Source of the DNA: Stegostoma tigrinum
Taxonomy: Eukaryota
Length of the DNA: 64,000 bases
Direction: 5' to 3'
Assembly (NCBI RefSeq): GCF_030684315.1
Contig: NC_081379.1
Span: forward strand, 43,481,404 to 43,545,403
Shown: one piece after another, positions 13,606-26,225 of the stretch
How the letters are laid out: every line of letters begins with the position of its first letter
How positions within the stretch are numbered: the first letter of the stretch is position 1
The notes under the pieces: model-generated
The model's input: only the letters and a program-made list of their open reading frames with translations
What the model was told of the DNA's origin: nothing
Databases searched by the model: none
Translations under genes and position numbers: made by a program

Positions 13606-14168
13606 AGATGTGCCAAATACCCTTGCTAATCTCTACCAGTGTTTTATGAGTTGACCTTGGTATTCCTGGGCCAGGAGCAAGACGGTCAAGTCCTGATTAA
13701 TTTGTAGTGACACCAACTGGGATTTATAATCAAACAACTTACGAACACTAGCTATCTGCATCTGGATTTGATGGGTACTCATTTGGGTGAGGAAATATGT
13801 AGTTGTCTCAACATATTTTAAACCTCTTTAGGATAAGGGATCTGGAATGAAAGGTAAACAACAGTAAACCTTAAATAGTTATTCAATGTAAAATTATGTA
13901 AAGTAGTCATGCAAAACTTGCATTATTGTTTTAAAAAAGTTGCCACATTGTAAATGCGTTTTAGTAATTCCTTTCACTTCAAGCACTTGATGCTAGTGGT
14001 ATTTATTATATTCCAATATAATCCATGTTCACTGTTAGATTGTAGGATGGAATGGCGTCTGTACATGGCAAATAATCCTGTAAATGGTTAATGGGATCTG
14101 GATATTATTGGGTTGTAATAGAGGTGGGAGTGGCATCTGTATGGTACAGTCTTGTCTTTGTTTCTCAG

Positions 14169-14339
14169 GCCTACAATTACGAGTACATCCACTGCCATAC
14201 CTACAAGCACGCAACTACTGACCTCACCTTCACGGATTGAACCAATGAAAGCTCTAGATTCAAGGTTCACGGAAAGATCCAAAGCGACTCCTGGAACAGC
14301 TCCCATCTCTTCTGCTGCCAGACAGAGTGACTTGGAAAG
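14169..14339 (+). CDS. HIRA: HIRA coding exon (PTITSTST...PSRIEPMKALDSRFTERSKATPG...DLER)
   Basis: tctcag acceptor, gtatgg donor, phase 2/2; IEPMKAxDSRFTERSKATPG is a conserved HIRA motif. Confidence 0.95.
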
Positions 14340-15989
14340 GTATGGCCAAGGCAAAATGAATGTGTACTGCATGGGCCCAGTTCAATTAGCGAAGGGAGGA
14401 ATGAGAATGTATTTATTTCTGAAAAATAGGTACAATAGGGCTGTGTAGTTGTGACTTAACACAACTTCATTACATGGACAAATATATCTGTATGCAATGG
14501 CCCATAGCTTCCATTATCTGGATCAGGGTGCAAAATAATTTTGTTTTCTTTGTGAGTACTCTTTGAGATTTTTTTTGATGTTATTTTTCAGTTTTGGGGC
14601 TATGTTTTTATTCCTGCGAACTGTTTTATTGTGTACCGCAGATATGTAGCTCTATTGCCTTTGAGATTTGTATTAGTATAGGAAGTATTTGGATCTGTAG
14701 GAGCAGAACTAGAAGAATGGATTAATATCCTCAGTAGTTATTAATCATCCAATTAACTTAAAGCCACAACACACAAAGAAAGTGTTGACTTTTCTAGGCA
14801 CTATGGTATTTAAATTAGCATAAGACAACAGGCATAAATCAGCAGCAAGCTTTTTGATTCAAAATAATCCATACAGAATTCAACACAAAAAAAACTCCTT
14901 TCGATAATGTATATCTTCACAAAGCTAGAATGCTTTAACCATGTACTGCACTGTTGTCATCTCTGACTTAAATTTAACTGTGTTCATTACAACAGCACCC
15001 ACTGTAGATTTGCCCCATGCAGTAGCTCCTGATATAAGAAGCCAAAAGCTAGAGAATCCACATTCATTTGCAGATAATTAATTACTTCAATGATTATACG
15101 TTTTTCAGCTCCTAGTTAGCTGAATGTACCTTTTGTTGACAGTTTGAAACTGATGTCTTCTTCACAGTCTCCCTTTTCCTCAATCAGCCATATCCCCTCA
15201 ACCCTTGCTACCACCATCTTTTCTCTCTCCAGTCCTGGACCTGTTGCAAAAAAGCAACCTTTGGCCACCATCACCCACCGTCACCATTGTAGTTTTGGCA
15301 AAAGAGGCTAACACATGGCCTCCAGCCTCTGACAGATGTCTCTTGTCAGCATTTGGCGTCCCACTACCCCTCTAATCAAAGCTTCACTGCTGTATTTGTT
15401 GCTGTTAGACTCTCTGGTGTAGTGACCTGTCATCAGCAAACACGAGAGAGAAACAGCCTGTGATTGGATGAGATGCTTCACATTATTCACTTCCATGCAT
15501 TTATCTGGTCACCCCGATAAGTGGATGTTCCTGGGCGCGTTGTGGATTTTTGAGCATGGATTTGTCCACCATACTCTTGTATTTTGAACCCTGATCCAGA
15601 TTATTAGAGATTGGATTTGAGTTAAAAATGTATGTCACAAACCTCTGGAAATCCAAAATGTGCACAGGATGTGGAAATTGCCAAGGAGGTTTATTCTACC
15701 ATTGGGCTGGTTTCTGATGCCTGGGACACTCTGAGAGTTTGTGGCGCTGAGCTCTGTGGCTTCATTTCAAATTACATTTTCCTTCATTGCATCTATCCAG
15801 CACCAGATTAATATAATGCGGACAATTTCAGTTTGAGTCGTAGCTGATTTGAAGAGGATGGACATATGATGGAGTTCTCTGTGAAGCTGATGTTGTTTCA
15901 CAGGGTTCACTGCTGTGGAGTGGATATGAGTACTGCTTTTAAAATTTGTGAAATAATGAGATAAAGCTACTGTGATTTCCTGTTTGTAG

Positions 15990-16194
15990 GAGTAAAGAAC
16001 AGGTACTCTGTAAAGACTTGAAGCTTAGAGAGGTTCAGGAGAGCAGCAGTGACAGTGAAGAGAAGATTCCAGCTTCCAAAATCTCATCACTGTCGAAACG
16101 TAAGAACGACACTGAGGGAGAAGTTGTGGAAAAGAAAAAGAAGGGTCGACCAAGGAAAGAAACAAAGCACACGCCAGTGACCACAGCAACTCAG
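15990..16194 (+). CDS. HIRA: HIRA coding exon (SKEQVLCKDLKLREVQESSSDSEEK...EKKKKGRPRKE...TQ), basic NLS/AT-hook-like KKKKGRPRK
   Basis: ttgtag acceptor, gtacgg donor, phase 2/0; ESSSDS-EK and EKKKKGRPRK match HIRA. Confidence 0.95.
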
Positions 16195-17234
16195 GTACGG
16201 GTCTGATCATCTCCTGCAAAAAAGGCTCAGTAATTCTTCACTCTGTGGGAAAATCTCCCTTCTCTCTGGCTGGCTGTCTAACCCTTAAACCAAGTTTAGT
16301 CCAAGATCTTTGTTGAGCTAACTGATCTTAGCCAAGGTGCCAGTGGAGATGCTAAATTTGTCCTCAATGTTTCTTGATGAGGAAATGGAAAATCTGTGTT
16401 GTTGTTGATATTTTGTATTCAACTTGTTCAGAAATGTTACTGCATTCCACTGCAGCAGGTGTGATATAGAACATAGAACAATACAGCACAGGGACATGCC
16501 CTTTGGACTTGCATTTTCATGCCAACTATGTTGCCATTCTAAACTAATCCCATCTCCCTGTACATGGTCTGTATCCCTCTATTCCCTGCCTGTTTGTGTG
16601 TCTATCTCAAGGCCTCTTAAACATTGCTCTTGTATCTGTTTTGACCGCCTCCCCTGGTAGTGTGTTCACTTGAACCTGGGCTTCCTGGCTTAAGCGTTAG
16701 GGATACTACTACTGTATCACAAGAGCCCTCCCTTCCCTGGTTATAATCTCTCCTGAATGGCATCTGTGTTGGTCAGAGGAAGGGGTTAAGGATTGATCTT
16801 GTGCAGCCCCAAGACCAAATATCTTACCTACAGTAACAATCTCTGTTTATTGTTGTAGAATGGCTACTTCAGCACAAGCCTTTTGATATTAAGGAACAAT
16901 GTCCCAATGCAATCTTTGGACCTTGCCACCATCAGGACATAGTCTATATCATCTGTCTGTTATGCTAAGCAAGTTGTCTTAACACTCATTTGGGCACCAC
17001 TACAGATTCTTTTTTTGCCAGGATTTGCTCCCTAAGTCTTTAACCCTCCTGAGGTATCGCTAAGCCGGTGATAATATTTGTCATGGTTAGCATTTGTTTT
17101 CTTGATTTGTGTGGTAGGATGTTCAGAGGGATTGAATGTACATTTTTCTGTCTGAGTTTGACTCAAGAGTGCAGTCCCGGCAAATGCTTCCTGCGCTCCA
17201 AATGTAAGTGTGTTAATTGTGTCAGTCCAATTCT

Positions 17235-17426
17235 TAAGCAGAGGTTGCTTGAAGAAACTCAGTGGATCTGGCAGCATCAGTTGAAAGAAAACAGAATTAA
17301 TGTTTTGAGTCCTGTGATCCTTCCTCAGAACATCACTACAGATGCTACCACTTCTGCTGAGTTTCTCCAGCAGTTTTTGTTTGTGTTTGTCCTGGATGTC
17401 CTCTAGCCCCAGTTCTTTGTTTTATT
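17235..17426. mobile_element. Older palindromic PLE-derived insertion
   Basis: Inverted arms; near-TSD tcagtcca(a/g)ttct at 17222 and 17427. Confidence 0.6.
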
Positions 17427-17604
17427 TCAGTCCAGTTCTCATTGGGTCTACATCAAAAGCACAGTCTGACATATTTTGACACACAGAAACCAATTGTAAC
17501 TTTTTGCAGCTTATATTGATATGTTTGGACAATTCAAAGAGAGGTTTACTCTGCACTGGACACACCTGACTTGAGAATACCTAGGAGAAACAAACTGATC
17601 CATT

Positions 17605-17942
17605 CTACAAGCCATAGCATCCTTACAGTGTGGAAGTAGGCCATTTGGCCTGTTGAGTCCAAATTGATCCTCCAAAGAGCATCCCACCTAGGCCCAACCC
17701 CCTACCCTAGCCCTGCATTTCTGGTGGCTAATCCACCGAGCCTTCACATCCCTGGACACTATGGACAACGTAGCATGGTCAATGCATCTGACCTCCAAAT
17801 CTTTGGATAATGGAAGGAAACTGGACCACCCAGAGGAAACTCACACAGACATGGGGAGAATGTGCAGACTCCACACGGAGAGTCGCCTGAGGGTAGCATT
17901 GAACCTGGACACTTGGCGCTATGAGGCTCACCACTGTGCCAT
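17605..17942 (-). mobile_element. HE1/V-SINE-type SINE
   Basis: Reverse complement of the same head and V-domain. Confidence 0.8.
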
Positions 17943-18044
17943 TCTCAATTAAGTCTATTAAGGCAAAAATTAATTTACGTCCCACTATTTACCAGCAAGT
18001 GGAGAATGTTAATTTAGATAATTTGAACAATGCTTTCATTTCAG

Positions 18045-18143
18045 GCTATCCCGTCAATAGAAAAGGAGGTGTCGCGTGTCTCAGCTCCCCTCGTTGTATT
18101 TAAACTCCCAACGCCGGCACCAAAGAAAGCCTTTAACATACAG
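18045..18143 (+). CDS. HIRA: HIRA coding exon (AIPSIEKEVSRVSAPLVVFKLPTPAPKKAFNIQ)
   Basis: tttcag acceptor, gtaaga donor, 99 nt, phase 0/0; resembles HIRA LKLPIPSPQRAFTLQ. Confidence 0.93.
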
Positions 18144-18651
18144 GTAAGAAATAGTATTAGCAGCAGCAGTTCATCGTCAGCTTTCAGAATTTCCCTGACC
18201 CAGGTCAGCACAGCATTTCAGAACAAGGTCACCAAATGAAATGGCAACGTCAAGGCTGAACTACAGATAGTGCTATGCGTGCCATCGTCATGGAGCTAAC
18301 ACTGTGTTGTCCAAACACACCTTACTTGGGAAAAACCTCTGCCAGCAGTTAGACTCAACTCTCTCTTCCCTTATCAGTCAAGTCTGAATTCGAGCATGTA
18401 TCCTGGTGGTGAAAGGATGATGTCTCTTTCATTACTCTGTAGATTGTGCATTTATTGATAAGGAAGTTATATAAAGATGTAAGACAATTTGCAATAGGAG
18501 AGCAGTATCACATCATACTTGTATTCCTCCATGTGAAATGGGTTCTGTAATTATATAAGTTAAATCGGGATGAGATGTTCAGTTGAAATCATAATTAAAA
18601 ATGTAAGTAAATGATCTGAGAGAAATTGTGTGGAGTAAGCAGTCTAACTCC

Positions 18652-19234
18652 ACAATGATGCCACCCGAAGGTTGCAGGAACAGCAACTCATATTCCGCCT
18701 GGGAACTCTGCAGCCATATGGTATCAATGTGGACTTCACCAGTTTCAAAATCTCACCTTCCCCTACTGCATCCCTAAACCAGCCCAGTTCGTCCCCTCCC
18801 CCCACTGCACCACACAACCAGCCCAGCTCTTCCCCCCCACCCACTGCATCCCAAAACCAGTCCAACCTGTCTCTGCCTCCCTAACCTGTTCTTCCTCTCA
18901 CCCATCCCTTCCTCCCACCCCAAGCCGCACCCCCATCTACCTACTAACCTCATCCCACCTCCTTGACCTGTCCGTCTTCCCTGGACTGACCTATCCCCTC
19001 CCTACCTCCCCACCTACACTCTCTCCACCTATCTTCTTTACTCTCCATCTTCGGTCCGCCTCCCCCTCTGTCCCTATTTATTCCAGAACCCTCACCCCAT
19101 CCCCCTCTCTGATGAAGGGTCTAGGCCCGAAACGTCAGCTTTTGTGCTCCTGAGATGCTGCTTGGCCTGCTGTGTTCATCCAGCCTCACATTTTATTATC
19201 TTGGAATTCTCCAGCATCTGCAGTTCCCATTATC
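18652..19234 (+). mobile_element. 5'-truncated Penelope-like element (GIY-YIG C-terminus + 3' pLTR with hammerhead motif)
   Basis: Encodes NDATRRLQEQQLIFRLGTLQPYGINVDF (PLE endonuclease C-terminus), C-rich spacer, hammerhead core; 9-bp TSD tctaactcc at 18643-18651 and 19235-19243. Confidence 0.85.
19109..19136 (+). ncRNA. Minimal type-I hammerhead ribozyme motif
   Basis: CTGATGA-A-GGGT(CTAG)GCCC-GAAA-C-GTC; loopless palindromic stem III (ACGT). Confidence 0.75.
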
Positions 19235-19235
19235 T

Positions 19236-19240
19236 CTAAC
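19236..19240 (+). promoter_or_regulatory. Branch-point consensus CTAAC for the HIRA exon at 19264
   Basis: CTAAC followed by a pyrimidine tract and CAG 21-23 nt downstream. Confidence 0.6.
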
Positions 19241-19263
19241 TCCTTTTCCCTGCTTGATTTCAG

Positions 19264-19412
19264 GTAAGCACTGACCCAGCTATGTACATAGAAGTGGAAA
19301 ATGAAGTTCCATCGGTAACAGGGTGGAAATTAAGCCGGTTAAAGTGCATGAGAGAAGGGAAACAGTGGGATACACTACTAACCAGTCGAATCCTCACTGC
19401 TGCAGGAAGCTG
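19264..19412 (+). CDS. HIRA: HIRA coding exon (VSTDPAMYIEVENEV...LSRLKCMREGKQWDTLLTSRILTAAGSC)
   Basis: tttcag acceptor, gtgagt donor, 149 nt, phase 0/2; not in the ORF track, translated by hand; matches the HIRA C-terminal domain. Confidence 0.95.
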
Positions 19413-20999
19413 GTGAGTATAAAGCCTGACAGTAATTGTGAGAGTTGATTTATAGAACCGGTGGGTTTTGAATACTGGAAGTCTCCGACTCTAATACTGA
19501 TTTTGTTATTCATCTAGTCCATTCACTATTAAACTTCTTGATCATGGCTGGGAGAGTAGTTGTTGATTTAGTGGTTGTGCTTAAAATAGTTAAGTATTTA
19601 GACTTGTTACTGATACATGTCGGATCTTTATGAATGCTGTTAAGAGTTGCAGTGTAGTAGGCTGTCTATGCACTTCTATATGATGTAACCAAGTATGTGA
19701 GTTGCTCTTTCACCTTGTCAGTCTGGGTTACTTCCATGAAGCTGCCATTATAATATAACGTTGCTGTAATAGTATGGGGTTTACAGTATTAAGACTATGG
19801 GTGACTAGCATGAACATTAATGAGGACAATAACAAAATTCAGATTTCATTTTGTGAGGGTATTTTGAAAACAAGATCGCTGACTCCATGTGACTAATGCT
19901 AGAACTTCTCAATGCATTTAAGAAGGATGTGTTGAGAGGGCAGAAGTGCTGAATTCTTTCTTGATCATTACTTTCTGGCCCCCAACAAGAAAGAATCTAG
20001 CCCAACTCTAGCATGATGTGTTGCAGGCTGATAACTTCCTAACTTGTGACAGTGGTTTTCCACCAGGCAACTTCCCAGTCCCTCCATGTTTAGGTAATTG
20101 TTCCCAGAGAGGTGTGCAGGTTTTCTCTCCTCATTCCTTGGCAGGTTTTGTGACTAGGGGTCTGGGAAAGAGAATTAACTTTAAACCCTGTCACCTAAAG
20201 TCAGCTGTTGGAACAGTTATTTTGTATTTAGACGCATGGGTTCCTTTCTCACTTACCCCCTGCTATATGAAGCACGGGTTTCAATTTGAGACGCTTTATT
20301 TAAATAGAGCTGAGTGTCACATCAGGAGCCAAAGAGTGGACGGGTTGAACTTCACAGCTTAGCCACTGCAACTCAAGTCGAGAAATTATTTATTGGCACT
20401 TGCAAGGCAAGGTGGCAAAAGTTCATTCAAGGAAGAAAAATGTAGCTGTTTTGATTTAGAACAAAAACCATTTAAAATTAGAGCCTCTACTTTGACTCCT
20501 TTACCAGACAATTTCACACTGGGGCTGAATGGACATGTTCTCTGTTTTATGATTCTGTGATAAATGGTCAAACTTATATCTAACTACATACTGGCCATGA
20601 AGCTCACAAGATTGAATTTCAAAGAGAAAACCTGATTTACTGTGGGAAGTTTCTTAGGGGTCCAGAATAATTTAAGAGAACTTTATTCAATAGGTGGAAT
20701 GTTCCAGAAAACCTTATGGTCAGCCTGCAGCGATCCATTAAAATGTGTTTAAATCTACGGGTTAAGTGCATGTTTCAAATTGACCATTTCTAGGATAGTT
20801 CATAAATACGACTGTTGTATTATCTTCAAGATTGCGTCTTCCTACAGATTGCTTTCTCTTCTTTCACCTGTGATGCTTTGCGTTATGACCAAAGAAATAT
20901 AACAGTTATTTTCTAGAACTCAGGCCTGAACGATAGATATAAACAGGCATAGCACACTCACCTGTGCAAATCAAATGAAGCAAAAACACTTGACTCGCC

Positions 21000-21550
21000 C
21001 AAATACAGTGGCTACAAGAGCAGGTTAAAGAAGTAACTCACCACCTGACTCTCATCCTGTCTACCACCTACAAGATGTGTCAGGAGTGTGACAAGTACAG
21101 CTCCAACACCACTCAAACTTGACTCCGTCTGGGACAAAGCAACCCTCTTGATTGGCATCACATCCACAAACATCCACTCCTTCCACCACCAGCAGTCAGC
21201 AGTAGCAGCAGTGTGTACTACCTACAAGATGCACTGCGCAAATTCATCAGCATCTTCTGAATCCATGGCCACTTTTATCTAGAAGCACAAGGGTCGCTGA
21301 TACACCACTTCCTAAAAATTCCCCTCCAAGTCACTTACAATTGTGACTTCAAAGTATATCGCTGTTCCTTCACTGTTGCTGGGTCAAAATCCTGGAATTC
21401 TCTACTAAATGGCATTGTGGCTGTACCCACAGCACATGGACTATAGTGGCCTAAGAAGGCAGCTCATCACCACCTTCTCAAGGGCAAATAAGGACAGGCA
21501 ATGAATGCTGGTTTTGCCGAGCAACTCCCCCATCCCGCAAGTGAATTCAA
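21000..21550 (+). mobile_element. 3' portion of an L2/CR1-clade LINE (same family as 53028-55790)
   Basis: gttccttcactgttgctgggtcaaaatcctggaattc and gggcaa..aatgctgg..gtgaat tail. Confidence 0.7.
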
Positions 21551-21649
21551 TTAAATTTACAAGAGGGAAAATAGAATGCTGCTGTGAATGTCACTTCTGG
21601 AGCATATCTGTACAATAGGTTTTGAGCCATAGATAATACTTTAATTAAA

Positions 21650-21845
21650 ATGCAACACTGCGAATGCTAGAAAGGTGAAACAAATGCAGGGAATACAAGA
21701 GAAAATCAACAGGTCTGGCAGCCTGTGTGGAGACAGAAGCAAGTTTTTCATTCTGAAGAAGGCATACCAGGCTTGAAATGTTAACTCTGTTTCTCTCTCC
21801 ACAGATGCACTCAGACTTGCTGAGTTTCTTGAATATTTCCCTGTG
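21650..21845. mobile_element. Older palindromic PLE-derived insertion
   Basis: Inverted arms; decayed core ctgaagaaggcat..gcttgaaatgtt. Confidence 0.55.
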
Positions 21846-22801
21846 TTCGATAATGCACTTGTAATGATATCAAAGACCTTTCAATAGAAAGCCACAAAAA
21901 TCAACAAAATTCAAGTCCTGGCATTAGTCGAATATGATGTGACCTACAATTCATCTACATTTTACAGACTGTTGGAGCTAGTGAAAATGCCAGTCCCTAA
22001 GTGTGTTTTTTGGTAACAAACAAACTGGCATACTGATGTCAACATTGTTGGGTGCAGGTGGCTCCTCTATTCAGAGACCTAACCTCACCTTGATTTGAAG
22101 TCACTTAATCAGATACGGTTTGCCTTTATCAAATCTATGCTGGCTTACCCTTTTGAATGGCTGCTTCTCAAAGAGAGAATTGATGTTGCCTTGGACAATT
22201 TCCCTAATGCTGATGTTAGACTGACCTGCAATTGCCAGGTTTGTCCCTCTCCAGTCTCTATTGAGCAGTGTGTAAAATTTGCAATCCCCTTGCTGTTTGC
22301 ACACCACCAACCCCCCCCAAGCCTTATCCTCTGACGCCACTCCTTTAACCAAGGAGGGTTGAAAGACTGTGATCAGTTTTGGCCCTGCTTCTGTTATCTT
22401 ACGTGAGTTTCCTTCAGTGACATAAGAGGCAGCCTAATTAGAATATGCTTTGTTAAGCTCTAATGATGCCTATATTTTTAGGACTGCCTTTCTATCCATT
22501 TTGATTCTTTTCAATATTTGCCTCCTACTGTGAAATTAACTTCATTATCTTCTTTGAAGAAGGCAGATATAAAGTAATTAATTAATCCGTCAGTCGTGCC
22601 CTCTGTTTGTACAGGATGATTCCTGTTTTCATTGCTAATCAGCTCTACTTTATCTTCTATTTTTGGTTTGGCATATTAGTTATAAACTGTACTATGAAAA
22701 ATTGATTTTTTTGTTTCCTTTGCTTATGAAAGTGAGGTGAAGCTGGTCCACTTTTGCAACCCTGTGTCAGCAAAGAAAGCTGAATTCTGAAACTGATCCA
22801 G

Positions 22802-22896
22802 CTCTCTGATGAAGGGTCTAGGCCCGAAACGTCAGCTTTTGTGCTCCTGAGATGCTGCTGGGCCTGCTGTGTTCATCCAGCCTCACATTTTATTAT
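22802..22896 (+). mobile_element. Short PLE-derived insertion with intact hammerhead motif (core 22806-22833)
   Basis: Near-identical to 19105-19200; possible 6-bp TSD atccag. Confidence 0.8.
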
Positions 22897-23256
22897 CCAG
22901 GCATGGGGGATGTTTATGGGACAAAAGAGGGAATGATTTACTCTGCACCTGACCTTTCCTATTCAAATTCGGGGGCATTCCCTATTCTCCACAATGCCTG
23001 TAGATCAGTTTCAAAACTGAGCACTGTGTCCTTTTTTGCAGCAGCCCACACACCAGCTATTGCTTTCTCTCCCAGATTTGAAATTGTTGTTGAATTCTGG
23101 GAAACTTTGGAGTTGGGTAGAGATCTTTAAATTTTTTTTGTCCCAAAGTTGACTTGAGGCTGTAGCCCTGAGATAGAGTGCTTTGATTCAACCACCCAGC
23201 TCCCATCCAGGCAATATTACCAACACATTGTGATGCTGATATGGATTATTGTGGTC

Positions 23257-23422
23257 AGAGGTAATGTGAACTGCAGATGCTGGAGAACCCAAGATAACAA
23301 AGCGTGAAGCTGGATGAACTCAGCAGGCCAAGCAGCATCTCAGGAGCACATCATGTCAGCTTTTGTGCCCCTGAGATGCTGCTTGGCCTGCTGTGTTCAT
23401 CCAGCTTCACACTTTGTTATCT
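23257..23422. mobile_element. Palindromic PLE-derived insertion, hammerhead core missing from the centre
   Basis: Inverted arms; TSD tggattattgt(g/c)gtc at 23242-23256 and 23423-23437. Confidence 0.8.
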
Positions 23423-23660
23423 TGGATTATTGTCGTCTTGGAAATTCTGAAGGATGGAGAAATTCCTATCTTAAACAAAATCCACCCTTTTGCTATCAGG
23501 CTGTGGTTTCTCCCCATCAGTAGGATTTCTCCACAACCCCCTGTTGATGAGGTGTGGTTTCTCTATTACCCCCAACTCCTGCTCCAATTCTGATGCTATT
23601 AAGCCTAATTAATGCAGAGTTTCAGTAAAACTCATTCTGATCCATTTTATTCCTTTGTAG

Positions 23661-23822
23661 TGACCTTGTAAGTGTAGCATGTGAGGAGCGGACAGTCTCT
23701 GTGTTTTCAGCAAGTGGGCGACGGCTGCTCCCTGCCATCCTTCTACAGTCGCCCATCTCTACACTGCATTGTGCGAGCCACTTTGTGATGGCTCTGTTGG
23801 CTACTGCTACACTTTCTGTCTG
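23661..23822 (+). CDS. HIRA: HIRA coding exon (DLVSVACEERTVSVFSASGRRLLPAILLQSPISTLHC...TLSVW)
   Basis: ttgtag acceptor, gtaagt donor, 162 nt, phase 2/2; GRRLL..I.L.SPISTLHC motif. Confidence 0.95.
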
Positions 23823-23941
23823 GTAAGTGCTTAAAAGTAGCACCCAAAATGCCCATCCAAATTGCTCACAGAATAGGAGCGTGAGGATGAATGTTGTGCA
23901 GAAACAACCAACTGACCTTTGCATGTGTGTGTGTTTCTGTT

Positions 23942-23960
23942 TCTTTCCTTCTCTTTCTCT

Positions 23961-23992
<32 letters not shown>
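23942..23992 (+). repeat. (CT)n microsatellite followed by a C run
   Basis: Direct observation. Confidence 0.9.
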
Positions 23993-23997
<5 letters not shown>

Positions 23998-24719
23998 CCC
24001 CCCCGCCCCCTTCTTGGGGTAGGCAAACATTGATGATGATACAATGAATACGATGTAATTGAGATAAATTCTCAGGAAAGGTTTAAAAAGCACCTCAATT
24101 TCTAATGGCAATATTTAAATGAAAAATATTGTTGAGATATGTGGATTTCCCATTAAAATTAAATGGGCAAGAATTCGAACTGTGATGAAACTAAAAATGA
24201 TTCTGCCACCACAGGTCTCTTAATATGCAAAATATGATAAATGTATGGAGTAATCTACTGGGCAGGGGATTGTAAAAAGAAAATTAGTTACTCCAGTTGA
24301 GGCCAGCAATAGCCTTGTTCTGGCTAAGATTAGCAATTTAATGTGATTTAGAAGCTAGGATCTTCTGGACAATCCAGACTCATGCTGCATTTGGTGCTCA
24401 TTCTTCCGTTTGGCACATAACTGTGTCTCATGATGATGAAAACTGACATTCAACATGAAACTAACTAACATAATCATTTGAGATTAAAACCTGTATGCGT
24501 TGAATTTATTGTTCTAAACAATCTAGATACATGGAAGTTTAGCGGCACAGAGGTGAGCTTCTGATCGCATTTAAGCTAATATGGCTTTCTAAGCTTATTG
24601 CACTGATGAAGGAACATCTCATATCTGGTGTTGCCCTGAAGCTCAGTAACTAGAGTTATTGGTGCCCACTGGGGCTGCACCTTGCTGATGTTACACAGGC
24701 CACAATTTTCAACACAAAA

Positions 24720-26120
24720 GATAGAAACATTGAAAGTAGGTTAGGGCATTTGGTCCATGGAGCCCGTTGTAGCATTCAACATGATTATGGCTGATCCTCT
24801 ATCCTAACACCATATACCTGCTCTCTCCATATATCCCTTGACACCTTTAGCCTACAGAAATCTATCAGTTCCTTTCATAAATATATTCAGTGACTTAGCA
24901 CCCATAGTTTTCTGTGATAGAGAATTCCACAAGTTCACCATCTTCTGAGTGAAGAAATTGGTCCTCATCTCAATCTGAAATGACCTGTGATAGAGTTAAG
25001 GTGTATCCTGAGACTGTGAGCCTTTATTTTGGGCCCCCTGACCACAAGAATCATCATCGTTCATTCAGTCCATCTAGCCCTGACAAAAGTTTACATATTT
25101 CTATGAGACACCGTCTCATTTTTCAAAATCCAGGTGAATACAGGCCCCATTAACTTAAACTCTCCTCCTATGGCAAACCTGCCAACCCAGGAATCAGTTG
25201 GATTAATCTTTGCTGCATTCTCTCTTTGCCAAGTATATCTTCTCTTAGGTAAGGAGACCAAAACTGAACACACTACTCTCACCAAGGCCCTGTAGAGCTG
25301 CAGTAAGCCTTCCATGCTTCTATATGCAAATCCTCGTGCAATGTAGGCCATTTACCTTCCTAATCTTTTGCTGTACCTGCATATTAGTTTTCACTGACCA
25401 GTATACAATGACGGTCAGATGCCTTTGGACATCTGCGTTTACCAATCTGTTACCATTTAACTAATACTTTGCCTTGCTGTTTTTTTTTCACTGAGGTGGA
25501 TAATTTCACATTATCCTCATTATACAGCATTTTCCAAGCATTTTCCTATGCAGTCAACTTGTCTGAAGCCTCTTTACACCCTCCTCACCATTTACAATCC
25601 CACCCAAGTTTTGTGTTATCAACAAACATTGAAATATTACATTTGAACCCCTCATCCAAATTATTGATTACATATTATGATTGTGAGGGCCCAAGCACTA
25701 ATTCCTTTGGTACCTGACTCGACATTGCCTTCCACTCTGAAGATGACCCATTTATTCTGACTCTCCGTTTCTTGTCTGTCAACCAATTCTCAATCCATGC
25801 TCTCATACTACCAACAATTCCATATGCTTTGATTTTGCATAATAACTTTTTAAATGGTAGTTCATAACAACTTCCCTCATCTATTCTGCTTGTTATGTTC
25901 TCAGAAAACTCTATTGTCAAACATGCTTTCTTTTACACAATTGCATGTTGGCTTTGTATAATTTCAGCTCTATTTTCTAAGTGTTGCTATTACAATTTTG
26001 TAATAGACTCCAGCATCTTTCCTACTGTGCAAGCTAGGCTAGGTAGTCTGTAAATGCTGATTTTTTTTTCCTCTCCTTTTTTAAATAAAGGGATTAATTT
26101 GTCACCTTTAATCTATTGGG
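24720..26120 (-). mobile_element. Degenerate CR1 LINE, antisense
   Basis: ORFs 25091-25351 (LLQLYRALVR) and 25675-25920 (WIENWLTDKKRRVRING). Confidence 0.8.
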
Positions 26121-26166
26121 ACTGTTTCAGAATCTTCAATTGAATTTTGTTTTATTGTTTTTCCAG

Positions 26167-26225
26167 GGATGCAAAGAAGCAGACTGTTTTGGTGAAAGAC
26201 GAGTCTCTAATCACTATATTATCAG
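26167..26225 (+). CDS. HIRA: HIRA coding exon (DAKKQTVLVKDESLITILS)
   Basis: ttccag acceptor, gtactt donor, 59 nt, phase 2/1; resembles DVHRQVVVVKEESLHSILA. Confidence 0.9.

Noticed and set aside
23668-23673. GTAAGT 7 nt inside a HIRA exon as an alternative donor
   Set aside because: Poor exonic context (CTT) and it would give a frameshifting 7-nt microexon; no support
23622-24111. ORFs with RERERE or LSLSLS runs
   Set aside because: Microsatellite translation and antisense of a HIRA exon
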